NCBI GenBank assembly: GCA_963770565.1
Contig: CAVYQE010000011.1
Coordinates: forward strand, 388,072 to 452,071
Direction of reading: 5' to 3'
Length of the DNA stretch: 64,000 bases
Origin: an uncultured Actinomycetota bacterium
GTDB lineage: Bacteria; Actinomycetota; Actinomycetes; JAFAQI01
The position numbers were made by a program, and so were the translations under genes. The notes beneath the pieces were generated by a model that did not search any database, had not been told where the DNA came from, and saw only the letters and a list, made by a program, of their open reading frames with translations. This document shows, piece by piece, positions 1-8,459 of this stretch (positions are counted from its first letter, which is position 1; every line of letters begins with the position of its first letter).

Positions 1-650
1 TGATCGTGCCGATCGGTGCCTGGGTGCTGGAGCAGGCGTGCGCCCAGCTCGCCCGCTGGCAACGGACCCCGATCACGATGTCGCTGTCGGTCAATCTCTC
101 CGTGCGCCAGATGAACGCGCCCGATGTGGTGGCACTGGTGCGGGACGCATTGATCCGTACCGGCGCCCGCCCGGAGCGGCTCTGCCTCGAGCTCACCGAG
201 AGCGTCGTGATGAGCGATGTCGAATCCGCCCGCTGGACGCTGGAGGAGCTCAAGGCGCTCGGGGTCACCTTGTCGATCGACGACTTCGGCACCGGTTACT
301 CGGCGCTGAGCTACCTCAAGCGCTTCCCGGTCGATGCCGTGAAGGTCGACCGATCCTTCGTCGGCGGCCTCGGCACCGACCCGCACGACTCGGCATTGGT
401 GGCCGCGATCATTGCGATGGCCGCCGCCCTCGACCTCGAGGTCACTGCGGAAGGGGTGGAGACACCGAGCCAGCTGGCGGACCTGGTCCGGCTCGGGTGC
501 GGACGGGCTCAGGGCTTCTACCTGGCCTCGCCGATGCCGGCCGAGGAGATGACCGAGCTGGTCGGCGAGCCGCACCGGTGGGCGTTCGACTTCCACGCGG
601 ACGCCACCCCGAAGAGCAATGTCACATTGCCCTGGGAAATTCGGGGGTGA
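1..650 (+). CDS. EAL-domain protein (c-di-GMP phosphodiesterase family), 5' end outside window
   Basis: ORF 6..650 translation has EAL-domain hallmarks (ELTES, DDFGTGYS, KVDRSFV); the frame is open to position 1. Confidence 0.7.
   Translation, partial: IVPIGAWVLEQACAQLARWQRTPITMSLSVNLSVRQMNAPDVVALVRDALIRTGARPERLCLELTESVVMSDVESARWTLEELKALGVTLSIDDFGTGYSALSYLKRFPVDAVKVDRSFVGGLGTDPHDSALVAAIIAMAAALDLEVTAEGVETPSQLADLVRLGCGRAQGFYLASPMPAEEMTELVGEPHRWAFDFHADATPKSNVTLPWEIRG
616..630. promoter_or_regulatory. 15-bp palindrome GCAATGTCACATTGC (P1), inside the 3' end of the EAL gene
   Basis: Perfect dyad apart from the centre base; a reverse-complement twin (P2) lies 61 bp downstream; a third TGTCACA core sits at 652-658. 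Confidence 0.4.
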
Positions 651-676
651 TGTCACAGGGCCCCGACAAAGTCGGG

Positions 677-691
677 GCAATGTGACATTGC
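677..691. promoter_or_regulatory. 15-bp palindrome GCAATGTGACATTGC (P2), twin of P1
   Basis: Exact reverse complement of P1; preceded by hairpin CCCCGAC-AAA-GTCGGGG (661-677). Confidence 0.4.
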
Positions 692-731
692 TTGGCGCGG
701 CCGGTACGGCGCTCACCCGCACGGGTCAGGA

Positions 732-757
732 AACTGTACCGTCCGGACGGTACAGTT
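732..757. promoter_or_regulatory. 26-bp perfect palindrome AACTGTACCGTCCGGACGGTACAGTT; putative TetR autoregulatory operator
   Basis: Perfect inverted repeat ending 5 nt before the tetR ATG (763); contains TACAGT at -12..-7, compatible with a leaderless transcript. Confidence 0.5.
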
Positions 758-762
758 GACGG

Positions 763-1311
763 ATGGCCAGCGCGACCCGGGACCGAATTCTCGATGCCTC
801 GGAGAGCATCGTGATCAGTTCCGGCGTCTCCCGGCTCACCCTCGAAGCCGCGGCTGCGGAGGCCGGGTTGAGCAAGGGCGGGGTGCTGTATCACTTCCGC
901 ACTCGCGACGCGCTGGTGTCGGCCATGGTCGAACGCTTGGTGGCCGGGTTCGATGCCGACCTTGCCGACGAGAGCGCGCGCGACGACGGCGGGGACGCCG
1001 GTCGCTACGTCCGGGCATATGTCCGGGCCACGGTTCGGCCGGCGCAGACCGCCGAGGCCATCCGGCGTGAGCGGGCGGGCGCGGCGATCCTTGCGGCGAT
1101 GGCCTGTGAGCCGGAGTTGCTCGAGCCGCTGCGCCGTTCATTCGACCGGTGGCAGGCCCGGCTCGTTGCCGACGGCGTCGACCCGGTCCGGGCCACCGTC
1201 GCGCGACTGGTCGTCGACGGGATCTGGATGGCCGAGCTGTTCGGCTTCTCGCCCCTGGAGGAGCCACTGCGCAGCCGGGTGGCCGCCTTCGTCGAGGACC
1301 TGAGTCGATGA
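763..1311 (+). CDS. TetR family transcriptional regulator
   Basis: N-terminal HTH signature RILDASESIVISSGVSRLTLEAAAAEAGLSKGGVLYHF; stop overlaps the next start (ATGA). Confidence 0.85.
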   Translation: MASATRDRILDASESIVISSGVSRLTLEAAAAEAGLSKGGVLYHFRTRDALVSAMVERLVAGFDADLADESARDDGGDAGRYVRAYVRATVRPAQTAEAIRRERAGAAILAAMACEPELLEPLRRSFDRWQARLVADGVDPVRATVARLVVDGIWMAELFGFSPLEEPLRSRVAAFVEDLSR

Positions 1312-2489
1312 CCCGCTCCACTCGGCACTTCCTCTTCGTGCTCACCGGCACCGCATTCATCGAATGGCTCGGGGCGAGCGCGATCCTTCCGCTGCTTCCG
1401 GCCTACCTCCGTCACCACGGGACGTCGACCGGCACGGTCGGCCTGGTGATGTCGGCGTACTTCGTGGCCGGGCTGATCGTGCAGTACCCACTCGGTCATC
1501 TCGGCGATCGGATCGGGCAGCGCCCGGTCCTGATCGGCGGGCTGTTGAGCTACGCCGTCGGCAGCCTCGGCTTCCTGCTGCATCCGGGCGCCGCCGGCTA
1601 CATCGCGCTGCGCGGGGCCCAAGGCGCCGGTGCCGGCGCGGTTCAGGTCGCGTCGTTCGCGATGGTCGGTGCCGTTGTTGCGTCGGACCGGCGGGGGCGG
1701 GCTTTCTCGTGGTTGTTCGCAGGGCAGCTCGGCGGGATGGCGATCGGGCCATTGGCGGGCAGCTTCGCCGGCATCTCCGGAATGCCGATCCTCTTCGTCG
1801 CCACGGCGATCACGTCGACGGTTGCCAGCGTGTGGGCGCTCAGCAGCCTTCCTCGAGTCGGCGGTGCGACCGATGCCGCGCCGTCCCGGCTGGTGGTCAA
1901 CCGGCTGCTGCTCGGCGTGGTCGTGACTGGTGTCGTCGGCGGGCTGATCACCGGGGTCTACGAGACGTGCTGGACCCTGTTGCTCGACCTGCGCGGCGCG
2001 CACGCCTGGCAGGTCGGCCTGTCCTGGACGCTGTTCGCAGCGCCGTTCGCCGCGTTCTCGCCGCTGGCCGGCCGGATGGCCGATCGGTTCAACCGGGTGA
2101 CCCTCACGATCGCCGCGCTCACGTCCTCGGTGTTCTTCGCGGCCCTGTATCCGTTCCTGCACTGGCTGCCGTTGCTGATCGGCCTCGGATCGGTCGAGTC
2201 GATCGGGGTCGCGGTCGCGTACCCGGCCGCACAGTCGCTGCTCGCGCAAAGTGTTCCGGCGTCGGCCTTGGGCCGCGCTCAAGGGCTGTCGAACGGCACG
2301 CAGACCGCGGCGATGGCGGTGTCAGCCGCCGCGAGTGGGGCGTTGTTCGGCATCGCCCCGTGGGTGCCCTTCGTCGGTGCGGCCGCGTGCGCCGCGGTCC
2401 TGATCGGGTTGCTCCCGTGGATCTGGCGATTCGGGGCGGACCAGCCGAGCCCGGCGCCGCACGACCGGCCGATGAGTCTGATTGTCTGA
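1308..2489 (+). CDS. MFS transporter, probably the TetR-regulated efflux pump
   Basis: Internal ATG at 1308 (MTRSTRHFLFVLTG...) overlaps the tetR stop; about 12 hydrophobic segments; the upstream part of ORF 1149..2489 overlaps tetR in another frame. Confidence 0.8.
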   Translation: MTRSTRHFLFVLTGTAFIEWLGASAILPLLPAYLRHHGTSTGTVGLVMSAYFVAGLIVQYPLGHLGDRIGQRPVLIGGLLSYAVGSLGFLLHPGAAGYIALRGAQGAGAGAVQVASFAMVGAVVASDRRGRAFSWLFAGQLGGMAIGPLAGSFAGISGMPILFVATAITSTVASVWALSSLPRVGGATDAAPSRLVVNRLLLGVVVTGVVGGLITGVYETCWTLLLDLRGAHAWQVGLSWTLFAAPFAAFSPLAGRMADRFNRVTLTIAALTSSVFFAALYPFLHWLPLLIGLGSVESIGVAVAYPAAQSLLAQSVPASALGRAQGLSNGTQTAAMAVSAAASGALFGIAPWVPFVGAAACAAVLIGLLPWIWRFGADQPSPAPHDRPMSLIV

Positions 2490-2574
2490 TTGCAGATTTG
2501 TGCTACGGTCCGCGCTCGTGATCGAGCCGGCCGCTCTCTGCGGCGCGGCCGCTGAGCAGGAAGGCGTCTGAGCC

Positions 2575-3948
2575 ATGGCTGTACCACCGCCCTCGTCCGG
2601 CATCGATGCCGGCCGGGTGGAGGAACTGCTCGGTCGCGAGCGCGAGCGCTTCATCGCGACCCATCCGCGCTCGATCGACTACCGGCAGCAGGCAGAGCGC
2701 TCGCTGCTTTACGGCGTACCGATGAATTGGATGACCCGCTGGTCGAGCCCCAGCCCGATCGTCGTCGCGGGTGCACACGGGGCCGAGCTCGAGGACATCG
2801 ACGGCAACACCTATGTCGACCTGTGCCTGGGCGACACCGGCGCGATGGCTGGTCATGGCCCGAAGCCGGTCGTCGATGCACTCACGGCCCAGATGAGCCG
2901 CGGCGCCACATTCATGCTGCCGACCGAGGACGCGATCTGGGTCGGCGACGAGATGAGCCGTCGGTTCGGTCTGCCGTACTGGCAGTTCTGCCTGACTGCA
3001 TCCGATGCGAACCGGTTCGTCCTCCGGCTGACCCGTCAGATCACCGGCCGGTCGATCATCGTCGTGCACAACTGGTGCTACCACGGCTCGGTCGACGAGA
3101 CGCTGGCGTCGCTGTCGGACACCGGTACCGTCGTGCCGCGCGAGGGCAGCGTCGGGCCGTCCCTCGATGTCACAAAGTCGACCCGGGTGGTCGAGATCAA
3201 CGATCTGGCCGGCCTGGAGAAGGCCCTGGCCGACGAAGCGGTCGCGTGCGTGCTGGTCGAGCCGGCGCTGACCAACATCGGCATCGTGTTGCCCGATCCC
3301 GATTACCACCGCGAGCTGCGCCGAATCACCCTCGAGACCGGCACCTTGCTCGTCATCGACGAGACCCACACGATCTGCGCCGGCCCCGGCGGCTACACCG
3401 CGCGTGAAGGGCTCGAGCCGGACTTCCTGACGATCGGCAAGACGATCGGCGGCGGGGTGCCGGTCGCGGCGTACGGCATGAGTGAAGGCGTGGCCGCGTC
3501 GATCGTCGAGCGGACGTTCTGGCAGGAAGCCGACGTCGGCGGCATCGGCGGAACGCTCGCGGGCAACGCGCTGTCGCTCGCGGCCGCTCGCGCGACGCTG
3601 TCCGACGTCCTGACCGCCGCCGCGTTCGAGCAGATGGAGTCACTCGCGATCCGGCTCTGCGACGGGATCGACTCGGTGATCACGGCCAACCGCGCGCCAT
3701 GGCACGTGACCCGGCTCGGCTGCCGGGCGGAGTACCTGTTCAGCCCGGCGATGCCGCGAAACGGCGCCGAGGCCGCCGCTGCCGGCGACGCCGACCTCGA
3801 CGGTCTGATCCACCTCGCGATGCTCAACCGGGGGGTCGTGCTCACGCCGTTCCACAACATGGCGCTGATGTCGCCGGCGACGACGGCGGCCCAGATCGAT
3901 GCGCATACCTCGGCGTTCGAGGAGATCGTCGCCGACCTGCTGGCCTGA
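2575..3948 (+). CDS. class-III (omega) aminotransferase, glutamate-1-semialdehyde aminomutase-like subgroup
   Basis: PLP fold-type I class III motifs (GNTYVDLCLGDTGAMAGHG; LVIDETHT; GKTIGGG). Confidence 0.8.
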   Translation: MAVPPPSSGIDAGRVEELLGRERERFIATHPRSIDYRQQAERSLLYGVPMNWMTRWSSPSPIVVAGAHGAELEDIDGNTYVDLCLGDTGAMAGHGPKPVVDALTAQMSRGATFMLPTEDAIWVGDEMSRRFGLPYWQFCLTASDANRFVLRLTRQITGRSIIVVHNWCYHGSVDETLASLSDTGTVVPREGSVGPSLDVTKSTRVVEINDLAGLEKALADEAVACVLVEPALTNIGIVLPDPDYHRELRRITLETGTLLVIDETHTICAGPGGYTAREGLEPDFLTIGKTIGGGVPVAAYGMSEGVAASIVERTFWQEADVGGIGGTLAGNALSLAAARATLSDVLTAAAFEQMESLAIRLCDGIDSVITANRAPWHVTRLGCRAEYLFSPAMPRNGAEAAAAGDADLDGLIHLAMLNRGVVLTPFHNMALMSPATTAAQIDAHTSAFEEIVADLLA

Positions 3949-3951
3949 CTC

Positions 3952-3975
3952 CGGCCGGGGCCGCGCCGACCCCGG
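3952..3975 (+). terminator. GC hairpin CCGGGG-N-CCCCGG after the aminotransferase stop
   Basis: Inverted repeat immediately 3' of the stop at 3948; no U-tract. Confidence 0.3.
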
Positions 3976-4006
3976 CGGGAGTCGTTGACAACCTCAACGC
4001 AGGTTG

Positions 4007-4035
4007 TTGACAATCCTTCCAGACGACAATACCTT
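4007..4035 (+). promoter_or_regulatory. promoter-like TTGACA-N17-TACCTT ahead of the enolase operon, with GTTGACAA direct repeats at 3984-3991 and 4005-4013
   Basis: Consensus -35 hexamer with 17-nt spacer to a TANNNT -10; second GTTGACAA copy and CAACCT..AGGTTG dyad just upstream; strong SD GAGGAGG at 4071-4077 before GTG 4082. Confidence 0.35.
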
Positions 4036-4081
4036 GGCCGATCGGGAGCCTCGTTGACGAGGACCGACGCGAGGAGGCTGG

Positions 4082-5380
4082 GTGCCGCACGCCGGCGAAC
4101 GGGAGATTCGGGCGGTTCACGCCCGAGAGGTGCTTGACTGCCGTGGTTTGCCCACGGTGCAGGTCGATGTCGTGCTCGGGGACGGGTCGCTCGGCCGCGC
4201 CGACGTACCGTCGGGCCGATCGACCGGGGCCTACGAGGCCCGCGAGCTGCGGGACGGCGGCTCGCGCTATGGCGGGTACGGCGTCCGCCAGGCGGTCGCC
4301 AACGTCGTCGACGTGCTCGGGCCGGGGGTGCTCGGCTGGCCGGCGGATGCCCAGCGCGCTCTCGACGGTCGCCTGATCGAGCTGGACGGCACACCGGACA
4401 AGTCGGCGCTGGGCGCCAACGCGCTGCTCGGGGTCTCACTGGCCGCGGCCCGCGCCGCGGCGACATCGGCCGGGCTGCCGCTGTATCGCTACCTGTCCTC
4501 CGACGGTCACCTGCTCCCGGTGCCGTTGGTGAACCTGATCAATGGCGGACGGCACGCGGCCGGACAGCTGCAGTTCCAGGAATTCATCGTCATCCCGACC
4601 GGCGCTCCGACGTTCAGTCAAGCGCTGGCCGAGAGTTCCGAGGTCAACCTTGCCCTCGGCGAGGTGCTCGAAGCGAAGTACGGCCGCAGTGCGCTCGCTC
4701 TCGGCGACGAAGGTGGTTACGTGCCGCCGGTGTCGGACCCGCGCGAGGCCCTCGAGTTGCTGCACGTCGGTGTCGAGAAGGCCGGCTACACCGGCCGGTT
4801 CCAGTACGGGCTCGATTGTGCGGCGACGCATTTCTACGACGACGAGGACGGCACCTACCGGTTGGCCGGCACGCCGATGTCGGCCGAGGAGCTGCTCGGG
4901 CTCTACCTCGAGCTGATCCGCGACTTCGGGATCACCACGATCGAGGATCCGTTCGCCGAGGACGACTTCACCAGCTTTGCCGCGTTGACCAAGGAGTCGG
5001 GCATCCAGATCGTCGGCGACGACCTGTTCGTCACCAACACCGCGCGACTGCTTCGCGGGATCGAGGTCGGTGCCGCGAACGCGTTGCTGTGGAAGGTCAA
5101 CCAGATCGGCACGTTGTCCGAAGCACTCGACGCCGCCGCGGTGGCGACCAGTCATGGGTACGGCGTTTGCGTCTCGGAGCGGTCCGGAGAGACCGAGGAC
5201 CCGATCATCGCCGACCTGGTGGTCGCCCTCAACGCCGGCCAGATCAAGACCGGCGCACCGGTGCGTGGCGAACGGACGTCGAAATACAACCGGTTGCTGC
5301 AGATCGAAGAAGAGCTCGGTACGGCCGCGCGCTACCCGGGCGCCCAGTTCCCCGCGATCAGCGTGAGCCGCGGCTCGTGA
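4082..5380 (+). CDS. eno: enolase (phosphopyruvate hydratase) paralog
   Basis: Enolase signatures AREVLDCRGLPTVQVD, SGRSTGAYEARELRDG, SERSGETED, KVNQIGTLSE; GTG start after SD. Confidence 0.9.
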   Translation: MPHAGEREIRAVHAREVLDCRGLPTVQVDVVLGDGSLGRADVPSGRSTGAYEARELRDGGSRYGGYGVRQAVANVVDVLGPGVLGWPADAQRALDGRLIELDGTPDKSALGANALLGVSLAAARAAATSAGLPLYRYLSSDGHLLPVPLVNLINGGRHAAGQLQFQEFIVIPTGAPTFSQALAESSEVNLALGEVLEAKYGRSALALGDEGGYVPPVSDPREALELLHVGVEKAGYTGRFQYGLDCAATHFYDDEDGTYRLAGTPMSAEELLGLYLELIRDFGITTIEDPFAEDDFTSFAALTKESGIQIVGDDLFVTNTARLLRGIEVGAANALLWKVNQIGTLSEALDAAAVATSHGYGVCVSERSGETEDPIIADLVVALNAGQIKTGAPVRGERTSKYNRLLQIEEELGTAARYPGAQFPAISVSRGS

Positions 5381-6843
5381 CGATCGAGGCCGCCAAGGCC
5401 GATGCGATCGCAGGCGTGGCTGAGCGGGCGGCCGATCTCGCGCCGATCGCGAACGCCGATCGCCTGCTCGACCACGGCTCCGCGGAGCTGCGGCGGGTCG
5501 CCCTCGACGTGGTCGCGGCCGGGCTGCGGGCGGCCGACCCCGGGGCCGCGGTCGACCGCACGGTCGAGGTCGACGGGAGCCTGCTGCGGGTAGCGGGCCG
5601 GACCTTCGACCTCGATGCCGCGGGCTCGATCGTCGTACTCGGTGCGGGCAAGGCGAGCCTGCCGATCGCGGCGGCGTTGGAAGCAAAGCTCGGCGACCGG
5701 ATCAGCCGCGGACTGGTCGTGCGGCGGGCGGGCGCCCCCGGCACGCTGGAACGCATCGAGGTGATTGACGCCGATCACCCGGTTCCCAGCGAGGCGAGCG
5801 TGGTTGCCGGCCGGCGGCTGGTCGAGATGGCGGCGACCTGTGCGCCCGGCGATCTGCTGATCACCGCGTTCACCGGTGGCTCCTCCGCGCTGGCGTGCCT
5901 GCCGCCGGACGGCGTCTCGTTCGAGGCTAAGCAGGCACTGCACTCGTTGCTGCTCGACTGCGGCGCGTCGATTGCCGAGATCAACGCGGTCCGCAAGCAC
6001 GTCTCGGCGCTCAAAGGCGGCCGGCTGGCGATGGTGGCTCGCGGTGCCAGCATCATCAACCTCACACTGTCTGACGTGGTGGGCGATGCGGTCGATCTCT
6101 TGTGCGACGTCGTGGTGCAGGACAGCACCGATCCGGCCGACGCCATCGCCGTGCTCAACCGCTACGGGCTGTGGGACTCCGTCGACCCGCAGATCCGGCA
6201 CCACCTCACGAGTGACGCGGCAGCCTCGCCCTCGCTGGCGGATCGCGACATCACGACGTGCGTGCTGGTCACCGGATCGACGGTCGTCGAACGGATGGCG
6301 GACCGGGTGCGGGCGATCGGCCGGACCCCGGTGGTGCTCGGGTCGGCGCTGGCCGGCGACGCGGTCTGCCTCGGCGGGTTGCTCGGGGCCCTCGCCTGTG
6401 AGTCGTCGACCCTCGGCCGCCCGTTCCCGCCGGGCTCGGTGCTTGTCGCGGCCGGTGGTGAGGCCACCGTCTCGATCCACCGCGGGGCGGGTGTCGCGGT
6501 CGGACGCGGTGGCCCGAACCAGGAGGAGGCGATTGCCTTCGCCAAGGCGATCGGCGGCGGCCATGTGCAGGCATCCGGGGTGTTCGTCGACAGCGACGGG
6601 TCCGACGGCGGCACGGATGCGGCCGGCGGCTGTGTCGACGGCGGCACCGTGAGCCGGGCGGCAGAGCTCGGCGTGGATCTTGACTCCGGGATCGCGGCCC
6701 ACGACTCATCGGCGCTGCTTCAGCAGCTCGGCGACCTGGTGGTGACCGGACCGACCGGCACGAACATCTCCGACCTGTTGGCGATCGCGATCGACGGAGT
6801 CGTCGAGCCGGTGCCCGGCGACTCCGGGGCGGGCCCGGCATGA
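5377..6843 (+). CDS. glycerate 2-kinase (MOFRL/DUF4147 family)
   Basis: GTG 5377 overlaps the enolase stop (GTGA); translation matches glycerate kinase/hydroxypyruvate reductase-like MOFRL proteins; the ORF-track 5' extension 4816-5376 is out-of-frame overlap with eno. Confidence 0.75.
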   Translation: MTIEAAKADAIAGVAERAADLAPIANADRLLDHGSAELRRVALDVVAAGLRAADPGAAVDRTVEVDGSLLRVAGRTFDLDAAGSIVVLGAGKASLPIAAALEAKLGDRISRGLVVRRAGAPGTLERIEVIDADHPVPSEASVVAGRRLVEMAATCAPGDLLITAFTGGSSALACLPPDGVSFEAKQALHSLLLDCGASIAEINAVRKHVSALKGGRLAMVARGASIINLTLSDVVGDAVDLLCDVVVQDSTDPADAIAVLNRYGLWDSVDPQIRHHLTSDAAASPSLADRDITTCVLVTGSTVVERMADRVRAIGRTPVVLGSALAGDAVCLGGLLGALACESSTLGRPFPPGSVLVAAGGEATVSIHRGAGVAVGRGGPNQEEAIAFAKAIGGGHVQASGVFVDSDGSDGGTDAAGGCVDGGTVSRAAELGVDLDSGIAAHDSSALLQQLGDLVVTGPTGTNISDLLAIAIDGVVEPVPGDSGAGPA

Positions 6844-8459
6844 CCCGGCACGACGTCGTCATCGTCGGCGGCGGCCACAACGGTCTGGTCGCGGCGTTCT
6901 ACCTGGCTCGGGCCGGCTTGAAGCCGCTGGTGCTGGAGCGCCGGCCGTTCGTCGGGGGCGCCTGCGTGACCGAGGAGTTCGCGCCCGGGTACCGCGCGTC
7001 GACCGGCGCCTATGTTCTCGCGATGCTGAGGCCGGCGATCTGGCGCGACCTCGAGCTCGACCGGCGCGGGATCGTGGTCAGCCCGGCCGGCCCGTCGCTC
7101 AACCTGCTGCCGGACGGTACGTCGCTCCTGCTCGGCGATGATCCGAACGAGGCGATGGACGCGGTCCGGCACCACTCGGCGCGGGACGCGGTTGCGCTCG
7201 GCCGATTCGAGACCGAGCTCGGCCAGCTCGCCCAGGTGTTGTTGCCGACGATCGACATGGCCGCGCCGGATCCGTCGATGCACCATCTGCGCGACTGGCT
7301 GACCGCAGGCCAGATCGCGCGGACCGGGCTGAAGCAGCGCAAGCAGATCGCCGGCACCCTGCGGTTGCTGGTGGCGTCGGCCGGCGACTACCTCGCGGAG
7401 CGGTTCGAGAGCGAAATCGTGAAGGTCGCACTTGGTTGGCACGCGATCAACGACAGCCTGGTGGGGCCCTCGAGCCCGGGCACCGGCTACGTGCTCTTGC
7501 ACGACCACGCATCCGGCGACCCGGACGGCGGGATCCGGCAGTGGGGCTTCGTCAACGGCGGCATGGGCCGGGTGACCGCGGTGATGGCCGAGGCCGCGAT
7601 CGAGGCAGGTGCCACGATCCGCACCGACGCGGAGGTGGCGTCGATCCGCGTCGGCGGCGATCGCGCCACCGGCGTCGTGCTCGTGGGCGGTGAGGAGATC
7701 GACTGCGACCTGGTGCTGTCGAACGCCGACCCGAAGCGCACCTTCCTCTCGCTGTGCGAGAAGGTCGCCCTGCCTGACGACTTCGTCGCGTCGATGCAGA
7801 CGTTTCGCTGCGAAGGCACCAGCATCAAGATCAACCTCGGCCTCGCGGAGCTGCCGCGGGTGCGCGACGACCGGTCGGGCGATGCGCAGGACTATCACCG
7901 CGGAATTCTCGAGATCGGCCCGCCGCTCGGTGACCTCGACGTCCAGCAGGCGCACGCCCGCCGCGGTACTCCAGGGACCGGCACCCACATCGAGGTCTGT
8001 TTCCCCACCGTCCACGACCCCTCGCTCGCGCCCGAGGGCCGCCACATCGCGACCATCGACGTCAACTCGCAGCCCTACACGCTGGCCGAAGGCGGATGGG
8101 ACGACATCAAGGAGCAGGTTGCGGACCGGGTGATCGGCGAGTTGGGTGAGCTGATGCCCAACCTGCCCGGCGCGGTGGTCGCCCGCCAGGTGCTCAGCCC
8201 GCTCGACCTCGAGCGGGTGCTCGGGATGACCGGTGGGCACGCCCTGCACGGCGACATGACCCTGGACCAGCTGTTCATCTTCCGCCCGACGCTGCATTAC
8301 TCCGACTACCGCACTCCGGTCGAAGGCTTGTATCTGTGCGGCGCAGGAACTCATCCCGGTGGTGGTGTGACCGGCGCCAACGGGCGCAACTGCGCGGCCG
8401 CAGTGATCTCCGATCGACGCCGGGGTCGGCGCCGGTGGTCCGGCCGGTCGGCATCATGA
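6840..8459 (+). CDS. FAD/NAD(P)-dependent oxidoreductase, phytoene-desaturase/amine-oxidase-like (COG1233)
   Basis: N-terminal dinucleotide fold VVIVGGGHNGLVAAFYLARAG; ATGA overlap with the preceding stop. Confidence 0.75.
   Translation: MTRHDVVIVGGGHNGLVAAFYLARAGLKPLVLERRPFVGGACVTEEFAPGYRASTGAYVLAMLRPAIWRDLELDRRGIVVSPAGPSLNLLPDGTSLLLGDDPNEAMDAVRHHSARDAVALGRFETELGQLAQVLLPTIDMAAPDPSMHHLRDWLTAGQIARTGLKQRKQIAGTLRLLVASAGDYLAERFESEIVKVALGWHAINDSLVGPSSPGTGYVLLHDHASGDPDGGIRQWGFVNGGMGRVTAVMAEAAIEAGATIRTDAEVASIRVGGDRATGVVLVGGEEIDCDLVLSNADPKRTFLSLCEKVALPDDFVASMQTFRCEGTSIKINLGLAELPRVRDDRSGDAQDYHRGILEIGPPLGDLDVQQAHARRGTPGTGTHIEVCFPTVHDPSLAPEGRHIATIDVNSQPYTLAEGGWDDIKEQVADRVIGELGELMPNLPGAVVARQVLSPLDLERVLGMTGGHALHGDMTLDQLFIFRPTLHYSDYRTPVEGLYLCGAGTHPGGGVTGANGRNCAAAVISDRRRGRRRWSGRSAS

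Noticed and set aside
616-691. P1/P2 as CRP/FNR-type sites
   Set aside because: TGTCACA cores are not spaced as TGTGA-N6-TCACA.
4816-5376. 5' extension of ORF 4816..6843
   Set aside because: Overlaps enolase in another frame; the glycerate kinase begins at GTG 5377, overlapping the eno stop.
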